A stretch of DNA of 64,000 nucleotides from an uncultured delta proteobacterium (lineage in GTDB: Bacteria; Desulfobacterota; Binatia; Binatales; Binataceae), in NCBI GenBank assembly GCA_963808235.1, contig CAWEEQ010000004.1, forward strand, positions 704,001 through 768,000. The letters run 5' to 3'. Positions 56,677-64,000 of the stretch are shown here, one piece after another. The notes beneath the pieces are model-generated. The model searched no databases, was not told the origin of the DNA, and worked only from the letters and a program-made list of their open reading frames with translations. How positions within the stretch are numbered: the stretch's first letter is position 1; the number at the start of each line of letters is the position of its first letter. The position numbers were made by a program, and so were the translations under genes.

Positions 56677-57311
56677 CAGTTGAGCATCTGCAGCTTCAAG
56701 TCATCGAACGAAATCAGCTCGACCCCGGTTTGCTGCAATTTTGCGAAGAAGCTTACCGCATCAATTCCGTTGAACACGATCGCGTCCTTGACGACATGCA
56801 GCTTCGGGCCAAGTCCGGCCAGCGCCGTGATCTCGCGATCGGCGCATGTCTCGGTGTAAACGCCGTAGATCACGATGTCTTTGAAGGGTTGCAGGACCAG
56901 CCGCAGGACCGCACGCATATGGGCGTTGTTGGCGAGCCGTTCGAACTGTTGGCGTTGAAAAACGATCTCGCCAACGTGATCCAGCACCTGTTGAATCTCT
57001 TCCGTCGTGTATTCTTTGTTTTCCAAGTAAAGCGGATTCGCCGGCATCGTCTCGTTGATTTTCTGCTCGCCCGGAGTGCTCTCGATGCAATGATCCGGAA
57101 ACGGGCCGCCCGAACTCTTCAGCATCGGGTCGCCCGCAACGTGACGATCGACGGCGCACACGACTCGCACCTTCTGGTCGCGCGCGAGGTCGGTTAACGC
57201 CTTGAGCTTCGCAACGATCGCGTCGGCGCCCGCGATCCGACACTTACCGTCGGGCGCGAGGAAGTCGCGCTGCGTATCGAGGTCGTAGAAAATCGTCTTG
57301 GTGGTATCCAT
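56676..57311 (-). CDS. Isochorismatase/nicotinamidase family cysteine hydrolase
   Basis: DLDTQRDF, D-x-H, FPDHC, GVYTETC. Confidence 0.85.
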   Translation of the reverse strand: MDTTKTIFYDLDTQRDFLAPDGKCRIAGADAIVAKLKALTDLARDQKVRVVCAVDRHVAGDPMLKSSGGPFPDHCIESTPGEQKINETMPANPLYLENKEYTTEEIQQVLDHVGEIVFQRQQFERLANNAHMRAVLRLVLQPFKDIVIYGVYTETCADREITALAGLGPKLHVVKDAIVFNGIDAVSFFAKLQQTGVELISFDDLKLQMLN

Positions 57312-57326
57312 CAAGCTTGCATCGGT

Positions 57327-58262
57327 TCAGAAATGTCCGGGCTCGTGCTCGCGCCGGTTGTCGCGTTCGAGTTGCACCGTCAAATGATGAATGTCGAATT
57401 TGCTTTGCAGCAGATGACACATGTCGGCCAGCACCCGATCGCGATCCGCGTCGGCAGCCACCACTGCGTGCGCGGAAAGCGCGAACTGGCGCGTGGACAA
57501 GCACCACACGTGGAGATCGTGAACCTCTTCGGTGCCTTTAACCGCGAGCAGGTCGGCGCGCATCTCGTCGAGGTTGATATGCGACGGAACCGATTCCATC
57601 AGGATGTCCACGCCCTCGCGGATCAAACCCCACGACCCATACAGCACCAGCCCTCCGATAAATATGCTCACGGCCGGGTCCGCGCCCATCCACCCCGTGA
57701 AGTAACCGAGAGCGCCTGAGGCGAGCACCCCCAACGACCCGACCAGATCCGAAATCACGTGGACAAACACCGCGCGCATCGCCATCCCGCGCCTGCCGTC
57801 AGTGCCGACCGTCGTCATCCACCCTGAAAACGTGTTCACACCTATGCCGATGATTGCGATCGCCATCACGGCGAGACCGGAAACCGGGCGCGGATTTCGA
57901 AGGCGCGTGACCGCTTCGATCCAGATGAAAACCACCAGGACCCAGAGAAAGAGTCCGTTAAGCAACGCGCCAAGAATTTCCGCGCGCAGGTATCCATAGG
58001 TTTTCCCCGACGACGCCGGACGCGCCGAGATCCAAAGCGTCAGCAGACCGACACACAGCGCCGCAATATCGGTCAGCATGTGAACCGCGTCCGAGAGCAA
58101 AGCGAGGCTCCCACTCATGTAGCCGCCGACGAGTTCGGTGACAAAGTAGATCGAGGTGACGCCGAGGACGATCAGCAACCGGCGCTGATCGGACTGAATC
58201 GATACATGCGACTCATGGCTCTGCACATCGTTGCCTGCGAGAAGAATTCGCGCCCGCTTCAA
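57327..58262 (-). CDS. Cation diffusion facilitator (CzcD/ZitB-like)
   Basis: SLALLSDAVHMLTD, TYGYLRAE, HVISD, VHDLHVW, HLTVQLE. Confidence 0.93.
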   Translation of the reverse strand: MKRARILLAGNDVQSHESHVSIQSDQRRLLIVLGVTSIYFVTELVGGYMSGSLALLSDAVHMLTDIAALCVGLLTLWISARPASSGKTYGYLRAEILGALLNGLFLWVLVVFIWIEAVTRLRNPRPVSGLAVMAIAIIGIGVNTFSGWMTTVGTDGRRGMAMRAVFVHVISDLVGSLGVLASGALGYFTGWMGADPAVSIFIGGLVLYGSWGLIREGVDILMESVPSHINLDEMRADLLAVKGTEEVHDLHVWCLSTRQFALSAHAVVAADADRDRVLADMCHLLQSKFDIHHLTVQLERDNRREHEPGHF

Positions 58263-58784
58263 TCAATCATAGTGTATCAGGGAGAGGCAGTTGATCTCGC
58301 CGAGCCGCCCGCGTCCCTTGAGACCGTCAAGCTCGACGATGAACGCGCAGCCGATCACGTTGCCGCCGAGTTTGCGCACCAGGCTGACCGCCGCTTGTGC
58401 CGTGCCGCCGGTGGCCAGCAGATCGTCGGCAATGAGTACTCGCGCATTGTTTACGATTCCGTCCTGGTGGATCTGCAGCGACGCGCTGCCGTATTCGAGA
58501 TCGTACGTTTGATCGAAGAATCGAAATGGAAGCTTGCCCGGCTTGCGCGCAATTGTCAGCCCCACCCCGAGCCGATACGCGAGCGGCGCGCCCACGATAA
58601 AGCCGCGCGACTCGATCCCGAGCACCACGTCCACTGCGCCGAGGTAAGGCTCCGCCATCTGATCGACGACCGCAGCGAAGCCGCGTGCGTTGCCGATGAG
58701 CGGCGTGATGTCCCTGAACATGATCCCCGGCTTCGGAAAATCCGGAATATCGCGGATAAGTTTTTTTATTTCTTCTGGAGTCAT
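58263..58784 (-). CDS. apt: Adenine phosphoribosyltransferase
   Basis: IPDFPKPGIMFRDITP, ESRGF, RKPGKLP, DDLLATGGT. Confidence 0.97.
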   Translation of the reverse strand: MTPEEIKKLIRDIPDFPKPGIMFRDITPLIGNARGFAAVVDQMAEPYLGAVDVVLGIESRGFIVGAPLAYRLGVGLTIARKPGKLPFRFFDQTYDLEYGSASLQIHQDGIVNNARVLIADDLLATGGTAQAAVSLVRKLGGNVIGCAFIVELDGLKGRGRLGEINCLSLIHYD

Positions 58785-58837
58785 CTTTATTCCGTCGCCC
58801 AAGTCTCGAGGAAACCGAGATGCGACGGTCAAAGATA

Positions 58838-59599
58838 CTAGCTGCCGCCCGCCGCGGCAAAGCTGATCGCGCCCGCGCTCTCCGGTTGCGGCAGATACGC
58901 CAGTGGATTTTGCGCGACGTTATCGCGACGCACTTCGAAATGGAGATTCGCGCCGGTGGTCCGCCCCGAGCGTCCGATTCGCCCAACTTCCTGGCCGCGC
59001 GCGACTCGAACGCCCTCGCTCACCAGGTTGCGTTCGTTATGTCCATAAACGGTCACGTATCCGTCGTCATGCCTGATGATCACCGTGTTGCCGTAGCCGT
59101 GAAGCGTGCCCGAAAAAATCACCACGCCAGTGTCCGCCGCATAGACCGGAGTTCCCACCGGCGCCGCGATATCGACGCCGTCGTGCATCGCTCCGTTTCG
59201 GATTCCAAATCCCGACGAGACCACGCCCTGCGCGACCGGCCACAAAAATTGCCGCGATGAACGCTCCCCTGTATACGGATGTACTCCATGCTCGCTCCCA
59301 ATCGCCGCCGTCCGATACGCGCCGGGAATCGTGATCGTCTGCCCGACATGCAAGTCGCGCGGATCGCCGATTCCATTGGCGGCCATCAGCCGCCCCACGC
59401 TGACTCCATATTCCTGCGCGATATGGTAGATGGTCTCACCCGCGACCACCGTATGCGTTGTCGGAGACCGCGCGGAAGCTGAGGTGTACGGCGTCGGCGT
59501 CGAGGAGGTCGTGTCGCCGCAGCCTGAAAGCCCGTTCGCAAATGCGAGCGCAATCGCCATCGCCGCACAAGCACGCGCTATCCGCCCCCTCCCACTCAA
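58838..59599 (-). CDS. LysM plus M23 peptidase lipoprotein (NlpD-like)
   Basis: Lipobox LSGC, LysM HTVVAGETIYHIA, HDGVDI, YGH, LHFEVR. Confidence 0.92.
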   Translation of the reverse strand: MSGRGRIARACAAMAIALAFANGLSGCGDTTSSTPTPYTSASARSPTTHTVVAGETIYHIAQEYGVSVGRLMAANGIGDPRDLHVGQTITIPGAYRTAAIGSEHGVHPYTGERSSRQFLWPVAQGVVSSGFGIRNGAMHDGVDIAAPVGTPVYAADTGVVIFSGTLHGYGNTVIIRHDDGYVTVYGHNERNLVSEGVRVARGQEVGRIGRSGRTTGANLHFEVRRDNVAQNPLAYLPQPESAGAISFAAAGGS

Positions 59600-59615
59600 C
59601 TCGGTTGCTCCTCCA

Positions 59616-60263
59616 CTAATCCTGAAAACCGTGCTTCCCCGTCATCTTCACGAATCGGCACTCTCCGAAATATTCCTCGCTCCAATGCCCCGTCGCGCGA
59701 CTGATTCGCACCAGTGTCTGCAATTCATCTTCGCCGATCGGTGCGACCAGCCGTCCCTGTGGCGTCAGTTGATTCAGCAGCGGAACCGCGATTCCCGGCA
59801 TTGCCGCCGTCACCATGATCACGTCGAAAGGCGCTTCCTCCGGCCATCCGTCGGAACCGTCGCCGGATCGAAGGAATACGTTACCGAACCCCATCGAGTT
59901 CAGGATCACGCGGGCGCGATCGTGAAGATGCGGGTTGAACTCGATCGAATAGACCTCGGCCGCCAAATGGGCGAGCACCGCCGTCTGGTAGCCCGACCCG
60001 GTGCCGACTTCGAGCACTTTCTCGACGCCCTTCAACTCGGCGACCTCGCTCATCAACGCGACCATGTAGGGTTGCGAAATAGTTTGCGCGTCGCCGATCG
60101 GAAGCGGGCCGTCGTCGTATGCGTGATCGTGAAGTTCTGCGGGCAGAAATCGATGGCGCGCGATCCGGCGCATCGAATCGAGCACGCGCCGATCTTTTAT
60201 CCCGCGCCGCTCGAGCTGCTCGACCACCATCCGCTCGCGCGCGCCTTCGAGATCAATCGCCAT
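59616..60263 (-). CDS. pcm: Protein-L-isoaspartate O-methyltransferase
   Basis: AYDDGPLPIG, QTISQPY, VLEVGTGSGYQ, APFD. Confidence 0.96.
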   Translation of the reverse strand: MAIDLEGARERMVVEQLERRGIKDRRVLDSMRRIARHRFLPAELHDHAYDDGPLPIGDAQTISQPYMVALMSEVAELKGVEKVLEVGTGSGYQTAVLAHLAAEVYSIEFNPHLHDRARVILNSMGFGNVFLRSGDGSDGWPEEAPFDVIMVTAAMPGIAVPLLNQLTPQGRLVAPIGEDELQTLVRISRATGHWSEEYFGECRFVKMTGKHGFQD

Positions 60264-60454
60264 CGCGAATCATTATACAGATGCGCCCGCCAGCGCTTAA
60301 AGTACCGCCCATACCAGCTGCTCCCCGGCCACTTTGGCGAATCTTTCTTTCCCAGCTATAGTACCGTGCGCGGCCCCGTTCTTGCTCCCAGACTACTGTG
60401 TCGCGCGATCGAAGGTAGTCGCGGAATGAAACCAAAAACGGAGGATAGATCTCT

Positions 60455-60865
60455 ATGGATTCGAGATCTGGAAAAGTACTAGTCGGCGCAATCGTCGCCG
60501 CGGCTTTGGGTACCTTCGCGGTGCATTCCGTGGCCGCATCCACTGGCACTGCCACACAGCCTCACAACTCGGTCCCGACGCTCCAACTGGCCCAGGACGA
60601 TCATGAAGAGCATCAGGAGATCGAGAAGGAAACCAAGGAGCTCAGAGAAGACGCCGCCACCGTCCCCGAGGCGGTCGACCACGAACACGAACGGAAGGAA
60701 GCTCGCGAATCAGAGAAGGAGCGTCATCAACTACATCACCAAGTCCGCGACACTGAACGCCACACAGATCAACTGGGTAGTGATGATCCGAACGCGGCCA
60801 CGAATTCAGTGAAGAGCGAGCACCAAGACCACGAGATGAACGACAAGGTCGAGCACGACCAGTAG
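60455..60865 (+). CDS. Secreted His/Glu/Asp-rich hypothetical protein
   Basis: GGAGG SD; signal peptide; highly charged mature region. Confidence 0.72.
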   Translation: MDSRSGKVLVGAIVAAALGTFAVHSVAASTGTATQPHNSVPTLQLAQDDHEEHQEIEKETKELREDAATVPEAVDHEHERKEARESEKERHQLHHQVRDTERHTDQLGSDDPNAATNSVKSEHQDHEMNDKVEHDQ

Positions 60866-60871
60866 TCACCG

Positions 60872-61666
60872 CTACGGCGCGATGCCGATTGCCGCGAACA
60901 CGCGATGCATCGCCGGCATCGGGTCCTCGGGCCATCGCTCTGCGAGCATCGCGCGCAATTCGTCGTCGAAGATTGCAACTGCCTCCGGCGCAAGACTCGC
61001 GCCCACGCCCGCGCTGGCGCGAATTCGTCCTCGCCACGCCTCGTGGGTATAGATTACATCAAGGTCAAACGAAAACGTTTCGATCCTTGTGAATCCCGCG
61101 ATCGCCAGATCGCGCGGCCACTGCGGATGTATTCCGAGTCCTCCGCCAAACTTCCATTTCGGATTGTGCTTCTCGATGAGCTTCTCGGTCGCCTCGATCA
61201 TGCTGCCGGGCAGCGGGATCCAGTCGAAGTGCCCGATTACCAGGGACCCCCCAGGCCCCAGCACTCGCCGCGACTCGGCCGCCGCGCGCGGACGATCGAA
61301 CCAATGCCAGCACTGACCCGCCGTCACCAACTTGAAGCGCGCGGCTGGGAGCCCGGTGTCCTCGGCAGGAGCCTCGACGTACTTGACGCTCACTCCCGCC
61401 GCCCGATCCAATTCTGCCGCTTGCTCCATCAGCGGAACCGATCGATCGAGCCCGGTGACGTCGCATCCTCTGAGCGCGAGTCCGCGCGCGATAGTTCCGG
61501 TTCCGGTCCCGATATCGAGCGCTCGAATTCCGCTACGTACGATTCCCATCGCGGCCAGCCGATCGAAAAATTCGTCGGGGAAGCCTGCGCGATGTCGCCC
61601 GTAGTCGTCGGCGGTTTTGCCGAAATCCGCGCGCAAATCCTTGTGCCGCACTTCCGCCGATTTCAT
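60872..61666 (-). CDS. Class I SAM-dependent methyltransferase
   Basis: DFGKTADDYGRHRAGFP, LDIGTGTG, AGQCWHWFD, RVLGPGG. Confidence 0.92.
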   Translation of the reverse strand: MKSAEVRHKDLRADFGKTADDYGRHRAGFPDEFFDRLAAMGIVRSGIRALDIGTGTGTIARGLALRGCDVTGLDRSVPLMEQAAELDRAAGVSVKYVEAPAEDTGLPAARFKLVTAGQCWHWFDRPRAAAESRRVLGPGGSLVIGHFDWIPLPGSMIEATEKLIEKHNPKWKFGGGLGIHPQWPRDLAIAGFTRIETFSFDLDVIYTHEAWRGRIRASAGVGASLAPEAVAIFDDELRAMLAERWPEDPMPAMHRVFAAIGIAP

Positions 61667-61816
61667 GCGTGATGCCCTCCTCGACCTTGAGATTGACTGT
61701 ATATAAACTGCGTATATCTTGATGCAAGTTTTTGCCAACTGGATATGGCTTGACGCGCACCGCCGCGGCATGGCGTGATCCTGTCTGTGGCGACTCGAAG
61801 TTCCGATCGCGCCGGT

Positions 61817-63100
61817 ATGATTACCGCGGCCGAGGCCGCCGGACAGCTCGGCGTGAAACTCGGCACGCTCTACGCCTACGTCAGCCGCGGCTGGCTCAAA
61901 AGCTACCGCCGCAAGGTCGGGCGGCAGGCGCTCTATCGGCGCTCGGATATCGAAGCGTTGCGCGGCGTCGTCTCGACCGAGCGCGGACGGCGCGGTCGCA
62001 GTCTGCCGGCCGCGTCGAGCTGGGTCACGGTTGCTCATCCGAGGAGCGTCGAAAACGGCGCGCCCGGTGTAATCGTCGCCGAATCGGCGGTCAGCTCGAT
62101 CAATGACGACAAGCTCGCGTTTCGCGGCTATCCGATCGAGGAAGTCGTCGAGCGCGCGACGTACGAGGAGGTCTGCCTGCTGCTATGGAGTGGCGAGCGG
62201 CCCGTCGTCGAGGAGATCGCCGCGCTCCGTGCCGAGATTCACGGCGCGCAAATGCCCGCTTCAGTAGCCGCCGCGCTTGCCGCCGTCGGTGACGATGCGC
62301 CGCCACTGCTCAGACTTGCGGCCGTGATGCCGAGTCTTGCCGCGTGGGATCGACGTCAGCCACCACGAACGCGAATCGATCGCGCCAAGCTGATCATCAG
62401 CCAACTTCCGCTTGCACTCGCGCATCCTCCCGCAGAATCGATCGGCGGCCCCGGGATGGCGGGACGGCTCCTCGGATGGGCGCCGGGCTCGACCGCCGGC
62501 GAGTGGGAAGTCGCCGCACTGGAACGCGTGCTGATCGCGTGCGCCGAGCACGAGCTGAACGCGTCCACGTTCGCGGCGCGCGTGGTTGCGAGCACCGGCG
62601 CGGATCTCTTTGCCTCGGTGCTCGCGGCACTTTGCTCGCTCTCCGGGCCGATCCACGGCGGCGCATGCGATCGAATCGAAGCGATGTTCGCCGAGCTCGA
62701 ATCCGGCGCGCGCATCGATGAATGCTTGTCTGCGTTCACCCGCGACCATCGTCTGCCCCCGGGCTTCGGTCATGCGATTTATCCCGAAGGAGATCCGCGT
62801 GCGGTGTTGCTGCGAGAAGTTGCGCAGACGATCGCAAAGCATCGCGGCAAGCGTCTTTTCGAGACCGCACTCAAGGTCGAATCCGCGGTATGGAAGCGCG
62901 AACATTTGCGTCCCAATCTGGATTTCTATCTGACCGTTTGCGTGCGGATGCTCGGTTTTCCTCGTTCGATTCCTGCGGCGATTTTCGCCATTGGACGCGC
63001 TTCGGGCTGGATTGCCCACGCGCTCGAACAATACGCCGACAATCGTCTGATCCGCCCCAGGATGCGCTATCGCGGCGCTCCGCTGCGTCACTTCGAATAG
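61817..63100 (+). CDS. Citrate synthase family protein with N-terminal HTH (excisionase/MerR-like) domain
   Basis: TAAEAAGQLGVKLGTLYAYVSRG; HELNASTF, IHGGA, GFGH..Y..GDPRA, PNLDF, RPR. Confidence 0.9.
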   Translation: MITAAEAAGQLGVKLGTLYAYVSRGWLKSYRRKVGRQALYRRSDIEALRGVVSTERGRRGRSLPAASSWVTVAHPRSVENGAPGVIVAESAVSSINDDKLAFRGYPIEEVVERATYEEVCLLLWSGERPVVEEIAALRAEIHGAQMPASVAAALAAVGDDAPPLLRLAAVMPSLAAWDRRQPPRTRIDRAKLIISQLPLALAHPPAESIGGPGMAGRLLGWAPGSTAGEWEVAALERVLIACAEHELNASTFAARVVASTGADLFASVLAALCSLSGPIHGGACDRIEAMFAELESGARIDECLSAFTRDHRLPPGFGHAIYPEGDPRAVLLREVAQTIAKHRGKRLFETALKVESAVWKREHLRPNLDFYLTVCVRMLGFPRSIPAAIFAIGRASGWIAHALEQYADNRLIRPRMRYRGAPLRHFE

Positions 63101-63134
63101 CCCTCGCGCCGAATGACGAGCGCGCACCGGACTT

Positions 63135-63185
63135 CATTACACGTCCCCAATAGACATTGCACGTTCCCTGAAAAACATTGCACGT
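63135..63185. repeat. Three direct repeats CATT(A/G)CACGT, putative operator
   Basis: Copies start at 63135, 63155 and 63176. Confidence 0.6.
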
Positions 63186-63229
63186 CAAGTGAAAAAAGTC
63201 GTATTGAAAATACGGAAGAGGCGCGCAAC

Positions 63230-64000
63230 GTGAAGGCAATCGCAAAGACTCGGCCCGCACCGGGCGCCGAAGTAATCGAAACGTCCGCGCCGAGGCCGGC
63301 GGAAGGCGAACTCCTGGTTCGAGTCGGCGCGTGCGGAGTTTGCGGCTCCGACTTGCACATCGTCGATTGGGAACTCGGCGCCGAGCGGATGGTCGCGCGG
63401 CTCCCGTTCGTTCTCGGCCATGAACCCGCGGGCGAAGTCGTCGAGGTCGGTGAACGAGTCCGCAACTTCAAGGTTGGCGACCGCGTCGCGCTCGATCCGT
63501 TCGGGCAATGCGGGCGATGCGGTCCGTGCCGCGCCGGCCGCTTCCACCTGTGCGCATCACCGACCACGCTGTCCGGCGCGTTCGCGGAATTTACCGTCGC
63601 GCCGGTCGAGAACGCGCACCTGGTTCCCTCCTCGATGAATATGGAACAGGCGGCGCTGCTCGAACCCTTCGGCACCGGCCTTCATGCCGTCGAACAGTCA
63701 TGTCTTAAGGTGGGCGACAGTGCGGTGATCGAAGGGCCGGGACCGATCGGCCTCAGTATTGCCATGGCGGCGCGCGCGCTCGGCGTAACTTCGATCGTAA
63801 TGACCGGGCTCGCGGTCGATGCCGACCGGCTTGCGCTCGCGCGCAAGTTCGGATTCAAGACGGTCACGGCAGGTGCTCGGGATTGGATCGAGCAGGTGCG
63901 CGCGATGCTCCCGCCCGACGGCGCCGACGTCGTCTTCGATGCGGCCGGCGCGATCGATTCGCCGCGGGAGTTGATGCGCCGTGGTGGGCAGTTGATCGAA
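63230..64000 (+). CDS. Zinc-dependent alcohol dehydrogenase (Tdh-like), 3'-truncated by window edge
   Basis: GTG start; CGVCGSDLH, LGHE, CGRCGPCRAG..C, LEP, GPGPIG; absent from ORF track because no stop in window. Confidence 0.92.
   Translation, partial: MKAIAKTRPAPGAEVIETSAPRPAEGELLVRVGACGVCGSDLHIVDWELGAERMVARLPFVLGHEPAGEVVEVGERVRNFKVGDRVALDPFGQCGRCGPCRAGRFHLCASPTTLSGAFAEFTVAPVENAHLVPSSMNMEQAALLEPFGTGLHAVEQSCLKVGDSAVIEGPGPIGLSIAMAARALGVTSIVMTGLAVDADRLALARKFGFKTVTAGARDWIEQVRAMLPPDGADVVFDAAGAIDSPRELMRRGGQLIE

Noticed and set aside
61697-61712. CTGTATATAAACTGCG resembling a LexA SOS box
   Set aside because: Right half lacks CAG at the CTG-N10-CAG spacing, and flanking genes are not repair genes

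Overview
GC-rich, gene-dense bacterial chromosomal segment. Gene content and order (mfd-surA-pdxA, pcm-LysM/M23-apt, ldcA-mpl) suggest a soil deltaproteobacterium-like organism such as Candidatus Binatota; this is inference only. Most of the roughly 64 genes are housekeeping: zwf-fba, mfd-surA-pdxA-uvrA, an M16 protease pair, gpmI-eno, tsaC-purD-purH-alr, TPP riboswitch-thiS-thiG-thiE, apt, pcm and peptidoglycan recycling (ldcA-serine hydrolase-mpl). These are interspersed with oxidoreductases, methyltransferases and orphan genes. I found no rRNA, tRNA, CRISPR array, transposase or integrase. Four genes each carry a single extra base, probably an assembly error. The most interesting signals are: (i) a sigma54-type promoter followed by a small ORF and three hairpins with anti-Shine-Dalgarno (CCUCCUCCC-like) loops; (ii) a leader-peptide attenuator in front of two MFS transporters; (iii) a single AT-richer gene bracketed by inverted and direct repeats; (iv) a LigD polymerase-only remnant abutting a VOC gene; (v) tandem secreted PDZ paralogs with a hydrophobic insertion; (vi) an orphan NorD/CbbO-type VWA gene.
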